A DNA stretch of 64,000 bases, taken from positions 29,835 through 93,834 of the forward strand of contig JBDRJQ010000028.1 of the NCBI GenBank assembly GCA_043814765.1, written 5' to 3'. Source of the DNA: Nanobdellota archaeon. Lineage in GTDB: Archaea > Aenigmatarchaeota > Aenigmatarchaeia > QMZP01. Of this stretch, positions 1 to 9,190 are shown one piece after another (positions within the stretch are counted from its first letter, which is position 1; every line of letters begins with the position of its first letter). A program made the translations under genes and the position numbers. The notes beneath the pieces are model-generated. The model had not been told where the DNA came from and ran no database searches. It worked only from the letters and a program-made list of their open reading frames with translations.

Positions 1-513
1 GCTGTCTCAACATTTGGCGTTTCAAAAGAGGTAATAGAAGAGTGGGGCAACATACTTGAAAGTAATAGTCTAATAGAAGTTCACTACCCCATAATAGGCG
101 AGCCAAGTTTGCAGGTTATAAGGGAAAAGAAAGAAAAATTAAAAAAAAGTGAAAAGAAAAAGGATGTCAAGATTAGGCTTCCAGAAAAAGCTCCCAAAGA
201 ATTAGAAAAACAAGAATCTATAAAACCAAAGAAAAAAAAATTCAATAAAAAAATTGGTGCAATTACAACTGCAATTATTGCCATATCTTTAGTTTTATTG
301 GCTCTATACTTTACGGGATACGGCACTTCATTATTCGAATCAATAAGTTACTTCATGAATATCTATTTGCCCCAGCTTGGAGAATATAGCATGCTTGCAA
401 AAACTTACCTACTTTTAATAGTAATCGTACCAATAATTATTATTATAACAGGGTTCTTAACCCTTAAAAAATACAACGTAAATATAAAATCTTTTCGATT
501 GGGTAGAAAATGA
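1..513 (+). CDS. Hypothetical membrane protein (5'-partial) with a wHTH-like N-terminal segment and two C-terminal TM helices
   Basis: Frame 1 is open from base 1 (AVSTFGVSKEVIEEWGNILESNSLIEVHYP...), so it extends the listed 109..513 ORF; overlaps the start of the ATPase gene. Confidence 0.6.
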   Translation, partial: AVSTFGVSKEVIEEWGNILESNSLIEVHYPIIGEPSLQVIREKKEKLKKSEKKKDVKIRLPEKAPKELEKQESIKPKKKKFNKKIGAITTAIIAISLVLLALYFTGYGTSLFESISYFMNIYLPQLGEYSMLAKTYLLLIVIVPIIIIITGFLTLKKYNVNIKSFRLGRK

Positions 514-2099
514 AAAGAACATTAGAAAAATACAGAATGGTAGTTGATGACATACCTGTTAACATTAGGATTTACGAAGACTCCGCCGAATTTGTTCCTA
601 TTTATGAAGTAACTTTTCCACAGCTAGAGGAAGCTACTACTGCTGCTCTTGAAAAGGTTAGAGAAAAACTGATAACAGAAATAATAATAGAGCCAAGTGA
701 AATTATAGATCCAAGAGAGTATAAGCAGCTAAGAGACAAATTCATAAAAAAAGCAGGCGAGTTGATAGAAAAGGAACTTCCAACAGTAGCGCCAAATGAG
801 AGAAAAATACTAATGGGAACGCTTCTGCATCATTCTCTGGGTTTAGGTTACATCGAAATGCTTCTTGACGATCAAAAACTCGAAGAAATTGTTATCAATA
901 GTTCTAAAGAACCGCTCTGGGTTTATCATATCAAACGTGGCTGGTTAAAAACCAATCTTTCTGTTGAATCAGAGGCGAAAATATACAACTACGCATCTTC
1001 CGTAGGAAGGAGAGTCGGTACGCAAATAACTAATCTTAATCCTTTAATGGATGCGTATCTTCCAAGCGGAGACAGGACCAATGCAACGCTTTTTCCAATA
1101 AGCTCTTCTGGTAACACAATGACTATTCGAAAGTTCGCCAGAAGACCATGGACTATTACAGATTTCATAGAGCTCAAAACAATAACATCAGAAGCAGCTG
1201 CTTTCCTATGGCTAGCTATTCAATACGAACTGAATATTCTTATCGCAGGTGGCACTGCATCTGGTAAGACGTCACTGCTTAACTCGCTTACATGCTTCAT
1301 ACCACCAAACCACAGAATTATTTCAATAGAGGACACAAGAGAGATACAGCTGCCAAAATACCTTCACTGGGTACCTCTCACAACAAGACCTCCTAATCCT
1401 GAAGGAAAAGGAGAGATAACAATGCTTAATTTGATGATAAACGCTCTGAGGATGAGGCCTGACAGAGTGATAGTAGGCGAGATGAGGAGAAGAAAGGAAG
1501 CTGAAGTTTTGTTCGAAGCTATACACACAGGCCATTCTGTGTACTCAACAGTGCACGCTAACACTGCTGAAGAAGCTTACAGACGTCTTGTTAATCCTCC
1601 TATAGGAATACCTCCAGCCATGTTAGGCGGTTTGCAGCTTATAGCTGTCATGCATAGAGACAGAAGAAAAAACATAAGAAGGGTGCTCCAGATATCCGAA
1701 TTATCCATGAGTGGTGAGGTTTCAGACACTAATATAGAGCTTAACACAGTTTTTCGCTGGGTCGCTTCTAATGATACTATTATGAAATTTGCAAAGTCTT
1801 ACAGAACCATGAATGATATAAAACTTTATACAGGCATGTCTGATACTGACATAAAAAATGATCTTGAAGATAAAAGATTCATTTTAAACTGGCTCGTTGA
1901 AAAACAGATAAAAGACATACATGAAGTTGGCAGAATTATTTCTGAATACTATATCAATCCAAGCAAGGTGCTGAAAAAAATTAAAAGCGGTGAAATGGAG
2001 TACAGCAAACAGGCTATTAAACCGCCACAACCAACAGAAAAACCAAAGATTAATTACCCATTAAAAGATAAAACAAAGCACATGACAGAACTTAAATAA
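510..2099 (+). CDS. Type II/IV secretion or type IV pilus assembly ATPase (FlaI/TadA/VirB11 family)
   Basis: Walker A GGTASGKTS, Asp box IEDTREI, ALRMRPDRVIVGEMR, His box TGHSVYSTVHA. Confidence 0.95.
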   Translation: MKRTLEKYRMVVDDIPVNIRIYEDSAEFVPIYEVTFPQLEEATTAALEKVREKLITEIIIEPSEIIDPREYKQLRDKFIKKAGELIEKELPTVAPNERKILMGTLLHHSLGLGYIEMLLDDQKLEEIVINSSKEPLWVYHIKRGWLKTNLSVESEAKIYNYASSVGRRVGTQITNLNPLMDAYLPSGDRTNATLFPISSSGNTMTIRKFARRPWTITDFIELKTITSEAAAFLWLAIQYELNILIAGGTASGKTSLLNSLTCFIPPNHRIISIEDTREIQLPKYLHWVPLTTRPPNPEGKGEITMLNLMINALRMRPDRVIVGEMRRRKEAEVLFEAIHTGHSVYSTVHANTAEEAYRRLVNPPIGIPPAMLGGLQLIAVMHRDRRKNIRRVLQISELSMSGEVSDTNIELNTVFRWVASNDTIMKFAKSYRTMNDIKLYTGMSDTDIKNDLEDKRFILNWLVEKQIKDIHEVGRIISEYYINPSKVLKKIKSGEMEYSKQAIKPPQPTEKPKINYPLKDKTKHMTELK

Positions 2100-2158
2100 T
2101 AAACAGTTATAAAGCAACCATTTATTACAAGATAATAGAATATTTATAGAGTAATATT

Positions 2159-2443
2159 ATGGCCGAAGATCAACCAATTAGGGTAAGACTTCCTAGGGGC
2201 AAGGAAGTAATGGGATTTGTTGAGGAATTCTTAGGTGCAAGCAGATTTAAAGTTAGATGCAAAGACGGTCACACAAGAATGTGCAGGATACCTGGAAAGT
2301 TCAGGAAGCGCTTCAGAATGACTGTCGGTGATATTGTTATAATTGAACCGTGGGACGTCCAGCCAGAGGAAAAAGGAGATGTTGTATGGATATACAACAA
2401 GACACAAATGTTTTGGCTAAGAAAACATGGTCACGGGGAATAA
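2159..2443 (+). CDS. eif1a: Translation initiation factor aIF-1A
   Basis: VRLP..EVMGFV..LGASRFKVRCKDG.TRMCRIPGK...GDIVIIEPW signature. Confidence 0.95.
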   Translation: MAEDQPIRVRLPRGKEVMGFVEEFLGASRFKVRCKDGHTRMCRIPGKFRKRFRMTVGDIVIIEPWDVQPEEKGDVVWIYNKTQMFWLRKHGHGE

Positions 2444-2480
2444 ACGGAGGACTGACAATTTAATATTGTCTTAATTTTTT

Positions 2481-2969
2481 ATGGCAGAAGTTGTTTTGAT
2501 TCCCAATGATAGAAGACCTATTTTAATAGGAAAAAACGGCTCTATTAAGAAAAGAATAGAGAAGCTGACTAATACAAAGATAACAGTAAGAGAAGATGTA
2601 GAGATAGAAGGAGATATTTTTGATGTTGCAAAGGCAAAGGATATAATCACTGCAATTGCGAGAGGATTCTCACCTGAACGCGCTTTTATTTTACTGAATG
2701 AAAATTTTGAGCTAAAAATTATCACATTAAAAGGCCAGACAGATAAGACAATAAAACGTTTGATGGCTCGTGTTATAGGCCGTAAAGGATCAACCAGAAG
2801 AATAATAGAGCTTGAAACCGGTGCAAAGATATCCATTTATGGCAAGACTGTTTCTATAATAGGCGAACTAAAAAAATTGGAAGCTGCTCAGGAAGCGGTT
2901 GAAGCCATCCTGGCAGGCAGAAAACACGGTACTGCCTACAAGAGAATGCTGAGAAAAGTTAAGGATTAA
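2481..2969 (+). CDS. KH-domain pre-rRNA processing protein (Dim2/Pno1/Krr1 family)
   Basis: Two KH GxxG motifs (LIGKNG, VIGRKG), AIARGFSPERA, GRKHGTAYKR. Confidence 0.9.
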   Translation: MAEVVLIPNDRRPILIGKNGSIKKRIEKLTNTKITVREDVEIEGDIFDVAKAKDIITAIARGFSPERAFILLNENFELKIITLKGQTDKTIKRLMARVIGRKGSTRRIIELETGAKISIYGKTVSIIGELKKLEAAQEAVEAILAGRKHGTAYKRMLRKVKD

Positions 2970-4060
2970 GCTCTTAGTGTTAATTCGCTTATAGATTCTT
3001 CCTTGTTTATTTTATCTATTGCTTTTGCTATAAGCGGTTCAACAGGAATCTCTTCAAGCCAGTCAAAAGTTTTTCCATGTCGAATAGCATTTGAAGCAAA
3101 TACTCCACTCAAGAAACCATCTTCATACAATTCTCCCAAAAGCTCTTCTGCCCTTCCGGTTAACTGTGCATATGTGCATAAACATTGCATGCTTCTTGCT
3201 CCTCTATCACGGCACTCCTTTCCTAATGCTACTATAGTTGATCCGCTGCCTATAATATCATCAACAGCAAGAACATCCCTGCCTTCAACATTTCCTATAA
3301 GCTCTATACTGTCAACTAAATTCTCTTCTTTATGCACACGTTCTTTGTCTCCTATAACAGTTGGCAATGACATTATAGGTTTACCTGGTTTTGGTTGACC
3401 GTATACTAATAAACCAAGACGTGCTGCATATGCTCTTGCTCTTCCAGCTCCTCCTGGATCTGGCGACAATAAAGAAGTGTTTTCAGTAACTAATTCAGGA
3501 TGATTATCTTTAATATAATCTACAGCTACTGGTCTAAAACTCAGGTCTTCAAAACCCATACCAGAATCTGCATAGCCTCGAATCTGTCTGGCATGAAGAC
3601 TCAAAGTCATTATATAGTTTGCTCCTGCTGTTTTCAAAAACTTAGGCACTAGAGAAGCTGTTATGCCTTCTCTCTGATGTTTTTCATCAGGACTCTGTAT
3701 CTTAAATTGAGCGTCTTGCCTTTGATAAGGAAATGGCAACACAACAGCAGTTATGCTTCCTGCTATTGCTCTTGATGCAGCATCAATTGCTGTAAGCATA
3801 TACATGAAGTTGTCATTAACAGTGTAGTATTCATTACCAGCAAATGATTTTACTCTTTTATTTTCAAGATTTTGAAAGCACTGAATGACATAAACATCTC
3901 TGCCTCTGACATTTTCACCTATTACGCATCGGCCTTCAGAATCTTCAAAATCCCTATCTTCTGCATCTATAAGATGTATTCCAAGCTCTCCTGCGACACC
4001 TTCTGCAAAATATCTTCCAGAATTGTTTGCTATTAAAGCAATTTCTCCTCTATATGACAT
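2966..4060 (-). CDS. prs: Ribose-phosphate pyrophosphokinase
   Basis: FEDSE, ENVRGRDVYVIQ, PYQRQD, LHARQI, SPDPGGAGRA, VDDIIGSGST PRPP-binding motif. Confidence 0.93.
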   Translation of the reverse strand: MSYRGEIALIANNSGRYFAEGVAGELGIHLIDAEDRDFEDSEGRCVIGENVRGRDVYVIQCFQNLENKRVKSFAGNEYYTVNDNFMYMLTAIDAASRAIAGSITAVVLPFPYQRQDAQFKIQSPDEKHQREGITASLVPKFLKTAGANYIMTLSLHARQIRGYADSGMGFEDLSFRPVAVDYIKDNHPELVTENTSLLSPDPGGAGRARAYAARLGLLVYGQPKPGKPIMSLPTVIGDKERVHKEENLVDSIELIGNVEGRDVLAVDDIIGSGSTIVALGKECRDRGARSMQCLCTYAQLTGRAEELLGELYEDGFLSGVFASNAIRHGKTFDWLEEIPVEPLIAKAIDKINKEESISELTLRA

Positions 4061-4125
4061 ATCCAGATATTAGTGAACAAGCTTTTTATTGGTATTCAAT
4101 ACAGTGAATATTTAGAATATAGTAA

Positions 4126-4353
4126 CTATTCCTTTTTCTTATCCAATTCTGTGTAACCGCATTTGCCACAATAAGTCCTGTTCTTATGCTGTGATAACCA
4201 TGTTCCAGCTCCACATCGTGGACATGATCTCCTCTTTTTGTTAACAGATGATCCTTGCACTTCATAATAAGTGTTAGGTTTAAGTGATTCGTGTTTTCTG
4301 CCTTTTCTCTGCTTCTTGCCCTTTCTTACAGCTTTTTTTTGTTTTTTACCCAT
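4126..4353 (-). CDS. rps27ae: 30S ribosomal protein S27ae (eS31)
   Basis: CPRCGAG..LSQH..RTYCGKCGYTE zinc ribbon. Confidence 0.95.
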   Translation of the reverse strand: MGKKQKKAVRKGKKQRKGRKHESLKPNTYYEVQGSSVNKKRRSCPRCGAGTWLSQHKNRTYCGKCGYTELDKKKE

Positions 4354-4447
4354 ATATCTAATTACCTGTCCACTCTATTAACATCACAAAGGCGACCATA
4401 TTCAAACAATATTAGCCGTCAACTATTATAACGCGCTATTAGCATTA

Positions 4448-4780
4448 TTAATGCTTTTTATCCTTCTTTTTTGTTTTTGGAGTACTTAAACTTTTCTCTC
4501 TCAGGCCTGCTTCCTTTACTTTTTCAATTGAATAGCCTTTCTTTTCTTCACTTATTTTCATTGGTTTTTTGAAAAAATAGTAAATAATAGCTCCCAGCAT
4601 CATAGCTGCATAGATTATTGCCCATATCACTAGGAAGGCAAATATCAATGCTAGAATCCCTATTGCAAACAAGAGTATGATAGGCCAGAAGAGAAAAAAT
4701 ATTACACCTGTTATCGCTAAAGCTATTATGCCAAACAAGAAAAGTCCTGTTAGTTTGAATATGTATTTTTTTTCTGGCAT
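4448..4780 (-). CDS. Hypothetical membrane protein
   Basis: Long hydrophobic N-half and basic C-tail; translationally coupled to the upstream gene. Confidence 0.7.
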   Translation of the reverse strand: MPEKKYIFKLTGLFLFGIIALAITGVIFFLFWPIILLFAIGILALIFAFLVIWAIIYAAMMLGAIIYYFFKKPMKISEEKKGYSIEKVKEAGLREKSLSTPKTKKKDKKH

Positions 4781-5520
4781 TATCTTCTGCCTCCCATCAT
4801 TGAACCGATTATAGCGCCTGCAGCGACTCCTCCGGCTGCACCGCCTGTTTTTGGCAAGTATTCTGCCAATTTACCTGCTAGCTCATTAACTGGCATGCTC
4901 TGAACCCATACGCGCCCAGGACCTGTTATAGTGGCAAGGAATAATCCTTCTCCTCCCCATATTATGTTTTTAACGCCTTTTACGCGCTCTACATCATAAT
5001 CCATGCCTTCATCAAACATGGCCAAATTGCCTGTGTCAACCCTTATTTTTTGTCCAGCTTTTAGCTTCATCTCTGTAACTTCTCCGCCAACATTAAAGAA
5101 GACTTGTCCAGGACCTTTTATTTTAACCAATATAAGCCCCTCTCCACCGAGTAACCCAGCTCCTATTCTCTTTGTGAATGTCGCATCAAAAGTAACGCTT
5201 TCCTCTGAACATAAGAAGGCATCCTTTTGGGCTATTATGGTTTCACCATTCTTCATTTTCATTGGTATTATTTTACCAGGAAACTCAGTGCCAAATCCCA
5301 TTGTGCCAGGACCTGCTTGCGGTGTGAAATGAACAAGAAAGAAAGACTCTCCTGCAAACTTTCTTTTCAGGCCTGCGAAAAGTCCGCCTTTGGCTTTGGT
5401 CTCCATTTTAACATTATCTGACATATAGACGAGTCTTCCAGACTCAGAAACAATAGTTTCATTTTGTGCAAGTTCCACATTCAGCATCTGCATTGTGGTG
5501 CCCTGCAAATCGTATTTCAT
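4780..5520 (-). CDS. TIGR00266/AIM24 family protein
   Basis: ESGRLVYMS, GESFF, FPGKI, QKDAFLC, GGEGL, VDTGNL, GPGRVWVQSMP motifs. Confidence 0.93.
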   Translation of the reverse strand: MKYDLQGTTMQMLNVELAQNETIVSESGRLVYMSDNVKMETKAKGGLFAGLKRKFAGESFFLVHFTPQAGPGTMGFGTEFPGKIIPMKMKNGETIIAQKDAFLCSEESVTFDATFTKRIGAGLLGGEGLILVKIKGPGQVFFNVGGEVTEMKLKAGQKIRVDTGNLAMFDEGMDYDVERVKGVKNIIWGGEGLFLATITGPGRVWVQSMPVNELAGKLAEYLPKTGGAAGGVAAGAIIGSMMGGRR

Positions 5521-5523
5521 TTG

Positions 5524-6030
5524 CTATCCACCTTCTTCTTTAGGAATTTCAGCTGGTTTTTCTTCTTTGGGTTGAACCTTTTCTAAAGGTTCATTTTCTA
5601 AATGCTGCTTTGGAGCAACTTCAGGTTTTGCCTTGCCCTTGCTTGTGCGTTTTTCTAGCTTATCAAGCTTGAATTTAGGTATGTCTTTTTTGTCTTTGTA
5701 AACAAGAACCCTAACCTTTGATTCTGCTCTGCCACGATCAGAAAATATCTTCTCTATAAGAATTACATCTTCGTTTATTTTCAAAACCTTTACTATTTCT
5801 TTGGTTAAATTAACACGTGTAGGTGTGGACTGTGAATTATGAGCAACTTGAATGATAAATTCTGTCCTCTTCATTAAAGGATTTTTTCTTTCAGAGACTA
5901 TATCAAGTTTGTAACCTAATTTTGGTCTTGGTTTTTCTTTTTTTACTTCTGCCTTTTCTATCTTAGGAGCCTCTTCAGTAGGTTTTTCCTCTTCAGGTGC
6001 TTTCTCTACTTTGGGTTTATCGTCTGGCAT
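5524..6030 (-). CDS. rps24e: 30S ribosomal protein S24e with low-complexity N- and C-terminal extensions
   Basis: ERKNPLMKRTE...H..STPTR..L core; position between spt4 and rps27ae. Confidence 0.85.
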   Translation of the reverse strand: MPDDKPKVEKAPEEEKPTEEAPKIEKAEVKKEKPRPKLGYKLDIVSERKNPLMKRTEFIIQVAHNSQSTPTRVNLTKEIVKVLKINEDVILIEKIFSDRGRAESKVRVLVYKDKKDIPKFKLDKLEKRTSKGKAKPEVAPKQHLENEPLEKVQPKEEKPAEIPKEEGG

Positions 6031-6072
6031 AACAAGAATATTGTATAGTGGGTTTTTAAAGGTTAAATTGAT

Positions 6073-7122
6073 CTATTTTCCCTTTACAATTTTTCTCACA
6101 GGCCATGATATTTCTATCTTTTCCTTATCGAAGCGTTTTTTCAGGGCCTTTATGAATTCGTGCGTAATTAGGTATTTCTTTGTGAATTCTTCTACTCGCA
6201 GAATTACAGAAAAATCTATATTAGAATCTCCAAAATTATTGAATCTTACCATAGGTTCATGGTCTTTTACAGCTCCATCAACTGTTTTTTGCATTTCATT
6301 AGCAACTTCCAAAGTTACTTTCTCTACCTTGTAAAGATCTTCAGTATAAGCAACGCCACATTTTATTATTACAGATGTTGGTTTTGAAGGTAGTGTATTG
6401 TTTATTATTGTACTGTCTGCAAGCTTACCGTTCGGGACTATTATGGAAACATTGCCCATTGTTCTGATTCTGGTGGATCTCCATCCTATCTCTTCAACAA
6501 ATCCCTTTGTGTTAGCATCAAGTTCAATGTAGTCTCCTACATTTATTGGCCTGTCAGACACTATGTGAATGCCTGCAAAGAAGTTTGACAACGTATCCTG
6601 GAGAGCCAAACCAATTGCTATGCCACCAACACCAAGTGCTGCTATTGCTCCTGTGAGATCTGCTCCAAAACGGCCCATTATAACAAACAATGCAACTATG
6701 TAAATTATTAAAATAATCACCTTGTTTAGGATGTTTGGGGTGTTCTGAACTCCTGTCTTTACATGAAGCCCTTTACCTACAAATATTCTTACTATCCTTG
6801 ATACAACTAGAGCAATCAAAAGAATGTAAATTATGTAAAAACTATCAGATATTAATTGCTGGTATGATGAGAAAATACTCAAAATTCCAAGACCCATTTG
6901 AAAACCAAACAGTGTTATAGATATTAATATTGGCTTTCTAACTGCAGCTATTATCTTGTCATCTATGTCTGTTTTGGTTTTTCCTGTGAGCTTGCTTAGT
7001 GTTCTAATAACAGCAAACTGAACTATCTTAGAACCGATAATTGCTGCTATTAAAATTATAATAAAAGTTAGATACTCTTGACCTATCATGGTTTGTAGGT
7101 CTCCTAAGAATTCAAACACCAT
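6073..7122 (-). CDS. MscS-family mechanosensitive channel
   Basis: LGVGGIAIGLALQDTLSNFFAG, RPINVGDYI, GFVEEIGWRST, VPNGKL. Confidence 0.95.
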   Translation of the reverse strand: MVFEFLGDLQTMIGQEYLTFIIILIAAIIGSKIVQFAVIRTLSKLTGKTKTDIDDKIIAAVRKPILISITLFGFQMGLGILSIFSSYQQLISDSFYIIYILLIALVVSRIVRIFVGKGLHVKTGVQNTPNILNKVIILIIYIVALFVIMGRFGADLTGAIAALGVGGIAIGLALQDTLSNFFAGIHIVSDRPINVGDYIELDANTKGFVEEIGWRSTRIRTMGNVSIIVPNGKLADSTIINNTLPSKPTSVIIKCGVAYTEDLYKVEKVTLEVANEMQKTVDGAVKDHEPMVRFNNFGDSNIDFSVILRVEEFTKKYLITHEFIKALKKRFDKEKIEISWPVRKIVKGK

Positions 7123-7126
7123 AATA

Positions 7127-7318
7127 TCACTTCACCCAAATGGAGTATTTTCCTTTATGGGTTATGCCAAGATATTGTGCAACTTCAGAGTTAGCAGGAT
7201 CCTTTATGAAAATTATACCTTTCCAGCTTCTGGAAAAGTTTGCCTGATTGCATGTAGGGCATACAGTACCCTTAACAAATCTTTTGCAGTTTCTGCAAAC
7301 CTTTTCTTTTGTGCTCAT
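7127..7318 (-). CDS. spt4: Transcription elongation factor Spt4 (RpoE'')
   Basis: CRNC..CPTC...W.GIIFI.DP.NSEVA..LGI...GKY. Confidence 0.93.
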   Translation of the reverse strand: MSTKEKVCRNCKRFVKGTVCPTCNQANFSRSWKGIIFIKDPANSEVAQYLGITHKGKYSIWVK

Positions 7319-7319
7319 A

Positions 7320-7919
7320 TTATTTATCCCCTAACTTTCTTTCAGATTTTCGTCCGCTCTTCATTCTTACTGTTTTTTCTTCATGAACTGTTTTTCTGTC
7401 CTTCCAATCAATTCCTCCAAGTCCCTGTTGCCTTGTTGTTAAACCAATCTTGTATTCCTTTCCTGTACTGGAAACTGATATGATTCTGGCTGTTACAGAA
7501 TCCCCTTCTTTTAGTATGTTGTGTGTGTCTCTTCCGATAAAAACAGCTTTTTTTGGATCATATGAAACAAAATCATCCATTAGTTGTGATACGTGTATCA
7601 TGCCGTCAAGAGGTCCTATTCTGACAAAAACACCGAATTCTGTTACATCTATTACAAAACCCTTTACTATTTCATGCATGTCTGGTTCGTAAGACAGTAA
7701 CCTGAAATCCACTGGATAGTGTATTGCTCCGTCTCCTGCTAGTATCTTTCCTTCACCAACCTCTTTTATTGATACTATGGATAATGCTACGCCAATATCC
7801 TTTTCTATTGTGCCTTCCCACTTGTCTTCAAGGCTGCTCTTTACAGCGTTTTCTAAACCAAGGCTAAACTTTACAGGCGGTACCCTGACTTTGTCCTTTA
7901 TAGTTAATATCTTGTACAT
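7320..7919 (-). CDS. rpo7: DNA-directed RNA polymerase subunit E' (Rpo7)
   Basis: MYKIL...VRVPP..F, GDGAIHY, EFGVFVRIGPLDGMIHVSQLMDD, KIGLTTRQ.GLG; start placed at ATG 7919. Confidence 0.95.
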   Translation of the reverse strand: MYKILTIKDKVRVPPVKFSLGLENAVKSSLEDKWEGTIEKDIGVALSIVSIKEVGEGKILAGDGAIHYPVDFRLLSYEPDMHEIVKGFVIDVTEFGVFVRIGPLDGMIHVSQLMDDFVSYDPKKAVFIGRDTHNILKEGDSVTARIISVSSTGKEYKIGLTTRQQGLGGIDWKDRKTVHEEKTVRMKSGRKSERKLGDK

Positions 7920-8049
7920 ACAATAAAACCTCATCTCTTTATTCTTATAGCTTCTATATAAAGCTATAAAAATTAATATATATAATTTGCTTTATGATAC
8001 TTATAAAATCGCTGTATGATGCTCATTATAAGGCTATGGGGGGGATACT

Positions 8050-8286
8050 ATGGAAGTAACTGTTTATTCAACACAAACCTGTCCGTACTGTCATATGGTC
8101 AAGGATTTCTTGAAAAAACACAACATAAAATTTAATGACGTTGATGTTTCTCAGGATCAGGAAAAAGCAAAAGAAATGATAGAGAAATCTGGTCAAATGG
8201 GAGTACCTGTAACAGAAATTAATGGTAAGATAATAATAGGTTTTAACCAGGATGCACTTAAAGAGGCACTAGGGATCAAAGATTAA
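8050..8286 (+). CDS. Glutaredoxin-like protein (NrdH/YruB family)
   Basis: YSTQTCPYC, SGQMGVPV, IIGFN. Confidence 0.92.
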   Translation: MEVTVYSTQTCPYCHMVKDFLKKHNIKFNDVDVSQDQEKAKEMIEKSGQMGVPVTEINGKIIIGFNQDALKEALGIKD

Positions 8287-8390
8287 CTTTATAAACTCTC
8301 TAATGCTAAATACAGAAATAACATAGAGAAATAAACCATATTGATAATGAATTTCTTTATGTTGTTAATAAAATAGGAGATAAGAAAAAT

Positions 8391-8561
8391 ATGAGAGATG
8401 GAGACAGAGATAGACGTGGTGAACGAAATTTCGGTGGACCAAGAGAAATGCATAAAGCCACTTGTTCCGAATGCGGAAAGGAATGCGAAGTTCCTTTTAA
8501 GCCAGTAGAAGGAAGACCCGTTTTTTGCAGAGAATGTTTTGCTAAGAAAAGAGGACATTAA
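8391..8561 (+). CDS. CxxC-x17-CxxC zinc-binding protein (56 aa; not in the ORF track)
   Basis: Manual translation MRDGDRDRRGERNFGGPREMHKATCSECGKECEVPFKPVEGRPVFCRECFAKKRGH; AGGAG upstream. Confidence 0.9.
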   Translation: MRDGDRDRRGERNFGGPREMHKATCSECGKECEVPFKPVEGRPVFCRECFAKKRGH

Positions 8562-8726
8562 TTTTAAAGACTTACTTTGATTAGTAAATTTTTATTAAAT
8601 ATTTAGTCCTTAGAAGCATTGAGGCAATCTCTTGTAAGACTTCAATTATTTATTTTTTAAACAAAAACAGGCCTAGCGATAATGAAATATATAAAAATAA
8701 ATAAGGGAACAAAAAATGGTTCCCAA

Positions 8727-8912
8727 TTATTTTTTCTTTGATTTTTTTTCACAGTATTTGCATTTTACACCAGTCCATGTTACAGCCAATATGACGATTG
8801 CAAGTATAGCCATAATCCACTGAACTGCTGCCGCACCAACCAAATCTGGTAAGAACGTAAATACAAGAATCAATACTGCGATTATTGTTAATATCCAATT
8901 AGCGCATGTCAT
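8727..8912 (-). CDS. Small two-TM hypothetical protein
   Basis: MTCANWILTIIAVLILVFTF...; start moved to ATG 8912 because the listed start lies inside the tRNA. Confidence 0.6.
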   Translation of the reverse strand: MTCANWILTIIAVLILVFTFLPDLVGAAAVQWIMAILAIVILAVTWTGVKCKYCEKKSKKK

Positions 8913-8945
8913 AACAATTACTGGTAAAGGATTAATAAAAAGAAA

Positions 8946-9139
8946 AGCCTCGGGAGGGATTGTCATAAACCCTTTTCATGCTCTGGAAGCGCGTGCGCTC
9001 CTTTTGGATTAAACCTTTTCTGAAAAAGGTTTATATTGAACCCCCAACCTTCTGATCTCATGAAGTCATAGCCTAAAAAGGCTCTTCAGATCAGTTGACT
9101 TTTACAAGTCAGATGCTCTACCGATTGAGCTACCGAGGC
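8946..9139 (-). tRNA. tRNA-Thr(UGU) with two introns (37/38 at 9102-9057, 46 nt; 59/60 at 9034-8960, 75 nt)
   Basis: Acceptor GCCTCGG/CCGAGGC, D-arm GCTC..GAGC, anticodon arm TCTGA-CTTGTA|A-TCAGA, T-arm GGGGG-TTCAAT|T-CCCTC; both insertions form bulge-helix-bulge-like junctions; no encoded CCA. Confidence 0.93.
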
Positions 9140-9190
9140 ATACACATTTGTTGTTAATTGGTATTTTAATTCTTTTCTATAATAATAAAC

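Noticed and set aside
8289..8558. Listed 89 aa minus-strand ORF
   Set aside because: Antisense shadow of the real CxxC-x17-CxxC gene at 8391..8561 (+)
8913..8966. N-terminal extension of the 8727..8966 ORF
   Set aside because: Overlaps the tRNA 3' exon and intron; ATG 8912 is the likelier start
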